Assembly: GCA_019428945.1 (NCBI GenBank)
Contig: JAHYJM010000005.1
Location: 1,562 to 65,561, forward strand
Direction of reading: 5' to 3'
DNA from: Bacillota bacterium
GTDB taxonomy: Bacteria; Bacillota; Dethiobacteria; DTU022
DNA: 64,000 nucleotides
The notes under the pieces are model-generated. The model ran no database searches and was not told the origin of the DNA. It saw only the letters and a list, made by a program, of their open reading frames with translations. A program made the translations under genes and the position numbers. Below, in pieces: positions 39,384 to 48,480 of this stretch (positions are counted from its first letter, which is position 1; each line of letters starts with the position of its first letter).

Positions 39384-40454
39384 TTGGAGCAGGGAGAAGA
39401 GAAAATCAGTCCTTCAAAAAGCATTTTAAAACGGATAATTACTGATCCAAAATATATATTTCTTCTATTTACTTTTATTATTGTGATAATAATTCTGGTT
39501 TATCGCAGCCCGGCTGCAGGGCAGATGGTCACTTATCAGCGGGTTATGATGGACACCGCAGTTGAACTGCGGTTTGAAACTGCTCCGGGAAGTGCGGCAG
39601 ATGCAATTGCAGAAAGTGTATTTACCGAAATTGAACGGCTTGAAAAGTTGTTTAGCCGGAGCCTGCCTGAGAGTGATGTGAGCAGAGTTAATTTTCAGGC
39701 CGGAGTAAGTTCAGTGCCAGTCAGTAGTGATGTTCTCCATGTTACAGAAAAGGCTTTACATTATGGAGAGATCAGCGGGGGGGCTTTTGATCCAACGATA
39801 GCGCCCCTGATTGATTTATGGGGCTTTTTTGGCCAGGATTACCGGCTGCCTGCGAAAGATGAGATAGAGGCTGTTCTGCCTCTTGTTGATTATCGTTTAC
39901 TGGCTGTTGACAGAAACAACTCTGAATTATTTTTACCTGATCGTGACATGGCTCTCGAACTCGGGGGTATCGCCAAAGGATATATTGTCGGCAGAAGTTT
40001 GGAGATCCTTAAAGAATCCGGCATTTCCAGCGCTTTCGTCAATGCCGGTGGTGACATAGGGTTGATCGGTTTACGCCCCGATGGCACGTCGTGGCGAATT
40101 GGTATTCGCCATCCCCGGGACGCTAATAAGGTGATCGCAGTTATTCCGGCAGAAGGCGGAGCAGTTGTTACATCCGGTGATTACGAGAGAACATTTGAGG
40201 TTTCAGGTGTCAACTACCATCATATCCTGGATCCTCAAAATGGTATGCCTGCTGTACTTTTAACAAGCGTTACTATTGTTGCAGACACTGCCATTGCTGC
40301 TGATGCTCTTTCTACGACAATTTTTGTACTCGGGCCGGATCAGGGACTGGCCTTAATTGAACAGCTGTCTGGTGTGGAAGGTGTCTTAATCACGCCCGAT
40401 CTCGAAATTATAGTTTCAAGCGGTCTGGTAGATATCATTGAACTGCATCCATAA
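39384..40454 (+). CDS. apbE: FAD:protein FMN transferase
   Basis: GAFDPT, LGGIAKGY, NAGGD, TSGDYER, HHILDP, ADALST motifs. Confidence 0.95.
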   Translation: MEQGEEKISPSKSILKRIITDPKYIFLLFTFIIVIIILVYRSPAAGQMVTYQRVMMDTAVELRFETAPGSAADAIAESVFTEIERLEKLFSRSLPESDVSRVNFQAGVSSVPVSSDVLHVTEKALHYGEISGGAFDPTIAPLIDLWGFFGQDYRLPAKDEIEAVLPLVDYRLLAVDRNNSELFLPDRDMALELGGIAKGYIVGRSLEILKESGISSAFVNAGGDIGLIGLRPDGTSWRIGIRHPRDANKVIAVIPAEGGAVVTSGDYERTFEVSGVNYHHILDPQNGMPAVLLTSVTIVADTAIAADALSTTIFVLGPDQGLALIEQLSGVEGVLITPDLEIIVSSGLVDIIELHP

Positions 40455-40492
40455 TTGATGCGGGAAGCTCATATACAACGGAAGGAATAAAT

Positions 40493-41056
40493 ATGTCCGA
40501 TACAAGGATAACTTTGCGCAGTCGCCTGAATTACCTGACATATCTGGCAGTGCTGATTACATTTGCCGTGGTTATTCACACTGTTGAGGCGGCGCTTCCC
40601 TTACCAATGCCGGTACCGGGCGTAAGGCTTGGCCTGGCTAATATTATTACATTGCTTACGCTGGTTTTATTTGGCCTGAAGAGCGGACTTCTGGTTTCTA
40701 TGACACGTTCAGTGCTTGGCAGTATATTTGTTGGCGGGCTTTTCGGTTTTGGCTTCTGGCTCAGTTTTAGCGCCGGTATCGTGAGCTGTCTGGCTATGGC
40801 CATGGTCCTGCAGCTTCAGAAGAGAGGCCTGGTCAGCCTTATTTCGGTCAGTGTAATCGGAGCAGCTACTCATAATATAACTCAGTTGGCTCTGGCAAGT
40901 GTGATTATTGCAAATGCAACACTATTTACCGGTTATTATCCTTTTCTGCTGCTCCTGTCTGTCCCTACCGGTCTTTTTACAGGCCTTGCTGCATATTACC
41001 TTGAGGGTGTGACCAGGAGAATGATTAAACAAAGCGGCACGGGGGTCTTTAAATGA
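40493..41056 (+). CDS. Gx transporter family protein (heptaprenyl diphosphate synthase component I-like ECF S-component)
   Basis: PGVRLGLAN and GAATHNITQL motifs; typical apbE/rnf neighbour. Confidence 0.85.
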   Translation: MSDTRITLRSRLNYLTYLAVLITFAVVIHTVEAALPLPMPVPGVRLGLANIITLLTLVLFGLKSGLLVSMTRSVLGSIFVGGLFGFGFWLSFSAGIVSCLAMAMVLQLQKRGLVSLISVSVIGAATHNITQLALASVIIANATLFTGYYPFLLLLSVPTGLFTGLAAYYLEGVTRRMIKQSGTGVFK

Positions 41057-41655
41057 ACCTTATCCTGGCATCTGCTTCGCCGCGTCGTGCCGAGCTTTTA
41101 AAGCAGGCCGGTATTCCTTTCAGTGTGGAAATTCCGGGTATAGAAGAAGCAATCGAAAAAAGTGTATCTCCAAGAGGCCTTGTTCTTAAACATGCCTGCC
41201 GGAAAGCTCTTGCAGTTTCTGAACGTTGCAAAGAAGGCTATATACTCTCTGCAGACACAATTGTTGTTCTTGAAAGTGAAATTATGGGAAAGCCGGCTGA
41301 TGAAAAAGAGGCCAGTCAAATGCTTGGCCGTTTGAGTGGTGAAAAGCATGAGGTTTTTACCGGGTTGGCGCTCATGAATGCTTCGACAGGCATGCTTGAA
41401 ACCGGGGCAGAGGTAACGTCAGTATGGATGAAGCAACTTGATATCAGCCATATCGAGGCTTACATTGCGACAGGTGAAACTTTTGACAAGGCAGGAGCGT
41501 ATGGAATTCAAGGCAGGGCAGGTTTGTTCATTGAGAAGATTGAAGGCTGTTATACAAATGTTGTCGGATTACCCCTTGGTTTACTTTTTGATCTCATCTC
41601 GCGTATGGATGTTCCAATATGGCTGAGCCGAAAGGATGGCGATAATGCAAAATGA
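41053..41655 (+). CDS. maf: Maf-family nucleoside triphosphate pyrophosphatase
   Basis: LILASASPRR, ADT, DKAGAYGIQ, NVVGLP motifs. Confidence 0.95.
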   Translation: MNLILASASPRRAELLKQAGIPFSVEIPGIEEAIEKSVSPRGLVLKHACRKALAVSERCKEGYILSADTIVVLESEIMGKPADEKEASQMLGRLSGEKHEVFTGLALMNASTGMLETGAEVTSVWMKQLDISHIEAYIATGETFDKAGAYGIQGRAGLFIEKIEGCYTNVVGLPLGLLFDLISRMDVPIWLSRKDGDNAK

Positions 41656-42334
41656 TTCAATAATGATCAGGGACCTTCCCCTGGAGGAAAGACCGAGAGA
41701 AAAACTAAAATCCCTGGGTGCAGGAGCGCTAACCAATGCTGAATTGTTAGCTATTTTGATCCGCACGGGCAATAAGAATGAATCGGCTGTTCAGCTTGCT
41801 ACAAGGATACTGGCCCGGGGCGGAAGTTTAAGAAACCTGCCGGATCTTTCCCTGGAGGATTTGCAGGAAAACAGGGGTATCGGTCCCGATAAAGCAGTGA
41901 CAATAAAAGCAGCGCTTGAGCTGGGCTGCCGTCTGGCCACAGCGCCGCGGGAAGCATCAGGTAGTATAACCAGTCCGAGGCAGGCTGCAGATTTATTTAT
42001 GGAAGATCTGCGCTATAAGAAAAAAGAGTATTTTAAAATTCTCCTTTTGAATACAAAAAATCATATTATCTCCAGGGAAGAAATATCAGTAGGAAGCCTC
42101 AGCGCCTCTATCGTTCATCCAAGAGAAATATTTAACATCCCCCTGCGTAAAAGTGCTTCTTCGGTAATCCTTTTTCACAACCACCCCAGTGGTGATCCTA
42201 CCCCAAGCCAGGAAGATCTTGAAGTTACCAGGCGACTGGTAGATGCCGGTAATATTCTTGGTATAGTAGTCCGTGATCATATTATCATAGGGGATGGCTG
42301 CTTCTTTAGTTTTCGGGAAAAAGGCTTGATATAG
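41645..42334 (+). CDS. radC: RadC (UPF0758, JAB domain) protein
   Basis: ERPREKL, HPRE, HNHPSGDPTPS, DHIII motifs. Confidence 0.95.
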   Translation: MQNDSIMIRDLPLEERPREKLKSLGAGALTNAELLAILIRTGNKNESAVQLATRILARGGSLRNLPDLSLEDLQENRGIGPDKAVTIKAALELGCRLATAPREASGSITSPRQAADLFMEDLRYKKKEYFKILLLNTKNHIISREEISVGSLSASIVHPREIFNIPLRKSASSVILFHNHPSGDPTPSQEDLEVTRRLVDAGNILGIVVRDHIIIGDGCFFSFREKGLI

Positions 42335-42454
42335 CTAACACTTATCAGCAGAGGAATTATATGGTATCATTCTTTTAGAATAGTGGAAAAATATATATGC
42401 AAAAAAATATAATTGAGCCGAGCAGTTAAAAAAATGATTTTGCAGGGAGAAATA

Positions 42455-44239
42455 ATGACTTTAATTAAAGACAGGCTTGAATCAGTTCTTAAAAAAGTGC
42501 AGAAACCTGCGCGTTATCTGGGCAATGAATGGAATGCCGTTCATAAAGAGCATCATAAGACAGCGGTTAAAATGGCCTTTGCTTTTCCTGACCTCTATGA
42601 AGTCGGCATGTCGAACCAGGGGCTGAAAATACTTTATGAAAGTGTCAATGCCCATAATAATTTACTCATGGAAAGAGTTTTTGCCCCGGCTGTTGATATG
42701 GAGGCAGAGATGCGGAAACAGAATCTACCTCTTTTTTCCTTAGAGAGTGCTACGCCGCTTGCAGAATTTGATCTAATCGGATTTTCTTTGCAGTATGAGT
42801 TAAGTTATACCAATGTATTAAATATGCTTGATCTGGCCGGCTTACCCCTCTTCAGCAGTGAACGAAACGATAATGACCCGCTTGTGATTGGCGGCGGACC
42901 ATGCAGCTTTAATCCGGAACCGCTCGCCCCGTTTTTTGATCTTTTTATCCTTGGAGAATCTGAAGAGGCTTTGCCCGCCCTGCTGCTTAATTTAGCCGCT
43001 TACAAAGAAAGCGGCAGAAATAGAAGAGATATGCTGAAGCGATTTTCAGCAATGGCCGGAGTTTATGTGCCGGATTTTTTTGATCCCCTTTATAATGAGA
43101 GCGGTGTATTGGAAAGAGTTAAAAAGAATGATTCAACTGTGCCTGCACGGGTGGTTAAGAATACGGTGTCAAATTTGGATGGAGCGCCATATCCGACTGC
43201 CCCGGTTGTTCCCTACATCCAGACAGTGCATGACCGCGCGGTTGTAGAACTGTTTAGGGGGTGTGCAAGAGGCTGCAGGTTTTGTCAGGCAGGCTATATT
43301 TTCAGACCTGTACGGCGTCGCAGTCCGGAAAAAATTATTTCTATTGCAAAAGATCTAACAGCTGCAACCGGCTATGATGAACTTTCACTCTCATCACTCA
43401 GCAGTAGTGACTACCCGCAGGTTGATGAACTGATCAAAGAGATAGATCAGGCTTTAAGGGGTGACAAAGTCAGGTGCAGTCTGCCGTCGCTGCGTCTTGA
43501 TTCATATTCTGTTGAGCTTGCCGATCGTCTGCACCAGGGCAGGCGTAGCAGCCTTACCTTTGCTCCGGAAGCAGCAACGGAACGCCTGCGTAAGGTGATT
43601 AAAAAAAATATTTCAGAAGATGATATCTATACCGCGCTGAGCGATGCCGTAGCTGCAGGATGGCAGGGTTTTAAACTGTATTTTATGATTGGCCTGCCAA
43701 CCGAGACCAATGAAGATGTAGAGGCTATTGTAACAATGTGCAGAGACATTCGTGATCGTTACCGCGGCAGAGTCAGGGGTACCCTGAAGCTCTCAGTAAG
43801 CGTTGCTACCTTTGTGCCGAAGGCAAATACTCCATTTCAATGGGAACCTCAGCTTTCATTTCAGGAAATAATTGAGCGACAACAAATTCTGATCGATGGT
43901 TTCAGAAAAATACAGGGGATTGACTTAAGCTGGCATGATGCAGAAACAAGTTTTCTTGAAGCTGTTTTTGCCCGGGGCGACCGCCGACTTGCTCTCCTTT
44001 TGGAAAAGGCCTGGCGTCTCGGATGCCGGCTTGATGGTTGGTCTGAACATTTTTCATTTGACTTATGGCAGCAGGCGTTTAAGGAAACAGGTATAAATGG
44101 TGAGGCATATGCTAATAGGCGTTTTTCTTATGACGACTGCCTCCCGTGGGATCATCTGGATTGCGGTACAGATAAAGAATATTTTATCAGGGAACATAAA
44201 CTTGCTTATTCCTGCCAGGATGACGGGGGGAGTAATTAA
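42455..44239 (+). CDS. B12-binding radical SAM protein (TIGR03960-like)
   Basis: KPARY, FPDLYEVGMS, CARGCRFC, YFMIGLP, LPWDH motifs. Confidence 0.9.
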   Translation: MTLIKDRLESVLKKVQKPARYLGNEWNAVHKEHHKTAVKMAFAFPDLYEVGMSNQGLKILYESVNAHNNLLMERVFAPAVDMEAEMRKQNLPLFSLESATPLAEFDLIGFSLQYELSYTNVLNMLDLAGLPLFSSERNDNDPLVIGGGPCSFNPEPLAPFFDLFILGESEEALPALLLNLAAYKESGRNRRDMLKRFSAMAGVYVPDFFDPLYNESGVLERVKKNDSTVPARVVKNTVSNLDGAPYPTAPVVPYIQTVHDRAVVELFRGCARGCRFCQAGYIFRPVRRRSPEKIISIAKDLTAATGYDELSLSSLSSSDYPQVDELIKEIDQALRGDKVRCSLPSLRLDSYSVELADRLHQGRRSSLTFAPEAATERLRKVIKKNISEDDIYTALSDAVAAGWQGFKLYFMIGLPTETNEDVEAIVTMCRDIRDRYRGRVRGTLKLSVSVATFVPKANTPFQWEPQLSFQEIIERQQILIDGFRKIQGIDLSWHDAETSFLEAVFARGDRRLALLLEKAWRLGCRLDGWSEHFSFDLWQQAFKETGINGEAYANRRFSYDDCLPWDHLDCGTDKEYFIREHKLAYSCQDDGGSN

Positions 44240-44964
44240 TGGTTCGAATTGGGTTTCTTTTTTCACGCACCGGCCATTTGGCTTATCTCTCGCATCTTGA
44301 TATGTTAAGGCTTTTTATCCGCGCCTTGCGTAGGGCTGATTTGAACCTTGCTTTTAGCCAGGGATTTAACCCGCACCCTCGACTTACCCTGGCCCTGCCT
44401 CTGCCGCTTGGCGTCACAGCCTCAAATGAACCGGGAGAAGTATATTTTGACGGCGTGGTAACATCTGAAACATTTAAATCAGAAATTGAGAAACAGCTGC
44501 CGGAAGGCCTGCAGATAATAAAAGCAGTGCCAATTGAGCCTGATGCCCCCGCGCTTGCTGCTCTTGTTGAAGCTGCCATGTACCGGGCAGAACTAAGGAG
44601 TTTTTCTGACCTGAGTTTAGAAAACCGGGATCCGGGCAAACTGATCCAAAATTCTTTAGAAATGCTTTTACAAAAAGAAGAAATTTTAGCTTCCCGAACA
44701 GGTAAAAAGAAAAAAATCAGTTACCTCAATGTCCGCCCCTACATCATTGAGGCAGAGTCAGAGCTTACCCCCGGCGGGCTGGCAGTATTGAAGCTGCTCT
44801 TAAAGGCAGGAAGCCGTGGTGGAGTTTCACCGGTATTTCTGTTGGATCAACTAGCGCTTGAAAGTGGCTTCCCGTCATTAAGGGCTGTTTGCTGGAATTT
44901 ACACCGTGAATCAATTTACTATCAAGACGGTGATACTCTGCAGCCTTTGTCTGAAAGGATGTGA
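44239..44964 (+). CDS. Radical SAM-linked protein (TIGR03936/DUF2344-like)
   Basis: YLSHLD, FSQGFNPHP motifs; coupled to the upstream radical SAM gene. Confidence 0.88.
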   Translation: MVRIGFLFSRTGHLAYLSHLDMLRLFIRALRRADLNLAFSQGFNPHPRLTLALPLPLGVTASNEPGEVYFDGVVTSETFKSEIEKQLPEGLQIIKAVPIEPDAPALAALVEAAMYRAELRSFSDLSLENRDPGKLIQNSLEMLLQKEEILASRTGKKKKISYLNVRPYIIEAESELTPGGLAVLKLLLKAGSRGGVSPVFLLDQLALESGFPSLRAVCWNLHRESIYYQDGDTLQPLSERM

Positions 44965-44973
44965 GCGATTATT

Positions 44974-46656
44974 ATGGATAAAAAGATTATAGTCAATTGT
45001 GATAACAGGGCTACAAGGGTAGCCATGCTGGAGAAGGGAAAACTGGTTGAATTAGATATAGAAAGGCCTTTACAGTACAGGGTAGTTGGCAATCTCTACA
45101 AGGGTACTGTCGCAAATGTACTGCCGGGAATGCAGGCTGCCTTTGTCGATATAGGACTTGAGAAAAATGCATTTCTCTATGTAGATGATGTGTCCTCAGA
45201 TTGGGATGATGAAACTCCGCCACCGGCGCGCGGTACAATTGATAAGCTTTTACAGGTAGGCGAAGAGATTATGGTTCAGGTGATTAAGGAGCCATATGGT
45301 AGCAAAGGGGCCAGGGTAACAGGGCAGATTACTATTCCGGGGCGTTACCTGGTTTTAGTTCCCGGCGCTGATTATATTGGAGTTTCGAGAAGAATTGAAA
45401 GTCAGGCCGAACGTGAAAGGCTGCGGCGTGAAGTTGAGAATTTAAAACCGGAGCAGCTTGGTTTGATCGTGCGAACCGTTGCAGAAGGTGTAGACAGTGA
45501 AGTAATGGCCCAGGATCTACAGTTCCTGGTTCAGTTGTGGAACCGTATCCTGACCCGTTTTCAGCAGAAAGCAGCGCCGGCCATTCTCTACCAGGACTTA
45601 TCTCTTACCTGTCGCATCGCCCGGGATCTTTTCGTGGAAGAATTCAGCAGTTTCCTGATAGATAATGAGCATGAGTATGATAAAGTCAGGGAGATAGTTG
45701 ATTATATATCACCTCATCTGAAAAATAAGGTTAAGCTGTACCAGGAAGATGAACCAATTTTTGAGCGTTATGGGGTTGAAAAAGAGATAGAAAAGGCCCT
45801 TGCCCGCCAGGTATGGTTGAAAAGCGGCGGTTACCTGGTTTTTGATGAGACAGAAGCGCTTACTGTAGTTGATGTCAATACAGGTCGTTATATCGGCCGC
45901 AGGAATCTGGCAGATACAATACTTAAAACAAATCTCGAGGCAGCTGATGAAATTGCCCGGCAGGTCCGGCTGCGGGATATTGGTGGAATTATTATTATCG
46001 ATTTCATAGATATGAGTATTGAAGATCACAGGCGAAAGGTTATCGATAAGCTGAACTATGCGATTAAAAGTGATCGTACAAAAACCTATGTGCTCGGCCT
46101 GACAAACCTCGGCCTGGTTGAAATGACCCGTAAAAAGGTGCGACAGGATCTCTCCGAGTATCTACAGCAGCCCTGTCCTTACTGCGGCGGTTCAGGGCGC
46201 GTTTTAACCCCACTGGTTATCAGTACCCGTATTGAAAGCCAGCTTAAGCAGGAACTCAAGGATGAGAGGAGCAGGGCAGTCCTTGTTGAAATGCACCACG
46301 AGGTTGCGGCAATTATCATCGGCAGTGGCGGTGGTAACCTGAAAAAACTTGAGGATGAATTAGGCCGGCATATTTTTATCAGGGGTACAGAAGATATTCA
46401 TATTGAGCAGTACAGAATAGTTGCCCGGGGAAGCCATAAAGAGATTCAGTCCCTGGCTCTTCCTGTTAAAGCTGGAGATACCCTTGATTTGACTATAGAA
46501 GAACCGCATTCGTCGAACCCCAGCCATGGGATTGCCCGTATAAAGGGTTTTGTAATTAATGTAGAAGGAGCGGGCGATAAAGTAGGTGAATCGGTTAAAG
46601 TAGAAATTAAGGATGTAAATCGTACTTTTGCCCGGGCAATCCTTAAAAGCAAATAA
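44974..46656 (+). CDS. rng: Rne/Rng family ribonuclease with a C-terminal TRAM domain
   Basis: PGMQAAFVDIG, VDVNTG, IIIDFIDM, GLVEMTR, CPYCGG motifs. Confidence 0.95.
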   Translation: MDKKIIVNCDNRATRVAMLEKGKLVELDIERPLQYRVVGNLYKGTVANVLPGMQAAFVDIGLEKNAFLYVDDVSSDWDDETPPPARGTIDKLLQVGEEIMVQVIKEPYGSKGARVTGQITIPGRYLVLVPGADYIGVSRRIESQAERERLRREVENLKPEQLGLIVRTVAEGVDSEVMAQDLQFLVQLWNRILTRFQQKAAPAILYQDLSLTCRIARDLFVEEFSSFLIDNEHEYDKVREIVDYISPHLKNKVKLYQEDEPIFERYGVEKEIEKALARQVWLKSGGYLVFDETEALTVVDVNTGRYIGRRNLADTILKTNLEAADEIARQVRLRDIGGIIIIDFIDMSIEDHRRKVIDKLNYAIKSDRTKTYVLGLTNLGLVEMTRKKVRQDLSEYLQQPCPYCGGSGRVLTPLVISTRIESQLKQELKDERSRAVLVEMHHEVAAIIIGSGGGNLKKLEDELGRHIFIRGTEDIHIEQYRIVARGSHKEIQSLALPVKAGDTLDLTIEEPHSSNPSHGIARIKGFVINVEGAGDKVGESVKVEIKDVNRTFARAILKSK

Positions 46657-46793
46657 AAAAGGGCGGAGTCTTTGCCCCGCCAAATGGTGGAATAAATCAT
46701 ACAGTTAAACAAAATAGAAGTTGAACGGAGCAGCAATCCGGTCAGCTTTTATTTTTAGGGTATTTAAGGTTTTAAAGAGTGCATCTTCACCGG

Positions 46794-47534
46794 TCAATAG
46801 ACCATTTTCCCTTCTACAAAAAGCCGGGTACTTTCATTGTCAGGTTTCGAGAAAATTTTTTCTGTAGGGCCCATTTCAACTATTTTACCCTGGTTTATGA
46901 ATATAACCTGGTCGGCTATACGCTTTGCCTGAAAGACGTTGTGGGTGACCATGATGACGGTGATTGCTTTATCACGGGCCATTTTGATGATCATCTCTTC
47001 AATTAATTCTATATTGCCCGGATCAAGGTTGGCTGTTGGCTCATCAAGAAGCAGTATTTCCGGCTCGAAAGCAACCGCCCTGGCGATAGCTACTCTTTGG
47101 GCTTCACCCCCGGAAAGTGTTTCTGCCCGCCGGCTGGCCAGTTCAGTCATTCCAATCTGATCGAGAAGGGAGTTTACCCTGATTTCAATTTCCTTTTTAT
47201 TGAAACCGCGGGCTTTGAGACCGTAAGCTATGTTATTCCAGACGGTATCCTTAAATAAAAGGGTTTTTTGAAAGACAAGAGCCATATTGCGCTGTAGGGT
47301 TAGCTTTCCCAGCCCATTTTTTGGTGCAGGCTCGCCATTATATAGGATTTCCCCACTGCTTTGATCCGTTAGCATGTTTATAATTCTTAGCAGGGTGCTT
47401 TTACCGGCGCCGCTGGGTCCGATAACTCCATATATGCAGCCTTTGGTAAGAATGAGCTCATTAATATAAAGTACTTCTTCATCATATATCTTTCTGACTG
47501 CTTTCATTTCAAGCAGAATATTTTCACAGTTAAT
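46794..47534 (-). CDS. tupC: Tungstate ABC transporter ATPase (possible ATT start; start uncertain)
   Basis: GPSGAGKS, LSGGEAQR, LLDEPTANLD motifs; follows tupB. Confidence 0.85.
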   Translation of the reverse strand: MNCENILLEMKAVRKIYDEEVLYINELILTKGCIYGVIGPSGAGKSTLLRIINMLTDQSSGEILYNGEPAPKNGLGKLTLQRNMALVFQKTLLFKDTVWNNIAYGLKARGFNKKEIEIRVNSLLDQIGMTELASRRAETLSGGEAQRVAIARAVAFEPEILLLDEPTANLDPGNIELIEEMIIKMARDKAITVIMVTHNVFQAKRIADQVIFINQGKIVEMGPTEKIFSKPDNESTRLFVEGKMVY

Positions 47535-48228
47535 TTTTTTTGCCTCCTTTCTGGATTGTATAAAGGACTGAATTGACAATAAAGGAAATCATCAGCAGAA
47601 TAATTCCCAATCCGATTGCCAGTTCAAAATTGCCTTTTCTTGTTTCGAGGACTATAGCGGTTGTCATAACTCTGGTGTGGCCTTCAATATTGCCGCCGAC
47701 GATCATAACCGCGCCAACCTCTGCCACTACCCTGCTAAAACCGGTGATTACTGCTCCCAGGATAGCATAGCGTGATTCTTTAACGACTGTCCATGCCGCC
47801 AGCGCAGAACCTGCACCAAGAGATCTGGCCGTTTCTTCAATTTCTCCTCCTTTGGCCCTGATCCCGACCATAGTCAGACCGATCACAATTGGTGAGGCAA
47901 GAAATACCTGGGCGATGATCATTGCTGATGGAGTATAAAGCAGACCAAGCACTCCAAGCGGTCCCTGCCTTGAGAGAATTAAGAAGATGATTAAACCGGC
48001 CACAACCGGAGGCATGCCCATAAATGTAAAGATGATTTTATTGAAAAAGCCGGTCTTTTTTTCTTCCTTTAAACCAAGTAAAGTACCAATGGGCACTCCG
48101 ATTAGAGTAGCTAATAAAATAGCAGTAATCGATACACGCAGTGATAACAGAACAATTGTCAGCAGATCCGGGTCAAATGATATGATCAGGCGAAGCGCTT
48201 CCAATAAACCTTCATATAGTCGGGACAA
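47530..48228 (-). CDS. tupB: Tungstate ABC transporter permease
   Basis: MGMPPVVAGL, SRQGPLG, EVGAVMIVGGNIEGHTRVMTTAIVLET motifs. Confidence 0.92.
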   Translation of the reverse strand: MSRLYEGLLEALRLIISFDPDLLTIVLLSLRVSITAILLATLIGVPIGTLLGLKEEKKTGFFNKIIFTFMGMPPVVAGLIIFLILSRQGPLGVLGLLYTPSAMIIAQVFLASPIVIGLTMVGIRAKGGEIEETARSLGAGSALAAWTVVKESRYAILGAVITGFSRVVAEVGAVMIVGGNIEGHTRVMTTAIVLETRKGNFELAIGLGIILLMISFIVNSVLYTIQKGGKKN

Positions 48229-48445
48229 TAACTTACCTCCATTAAAAAAAATAGGCGCGCTCCTGAAGCATGATCTAAACTGTTTATAATACAGGCAGGT
48301 CAGAGGAGCGCACCCAGCTCGTATGGCTTATTTAAATTTGTCTCCCTGTAAAGGATTTATTTCTTATTATTTTTATGACGTGAAAGCTTTTTATAAAAAT
48401 CTGTAACAGATAAAGTCTTTTATAAAAAACTCACTTGCTCATTAA

Positions 48446-48474
48446 CCGGCGCTCCTGCATCGCAGGAGCGCCGG
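48446..48474. other. 13-bp stem-loop directly 3' of tupA (mRNA-stabilising or terminating hairpin)
   Basis: CCGGCGCTCCTGC-atc-GCAGGAGCGCCGG. Confidence 0.6.
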
Positions 48475-48480
48475 ACCTTT

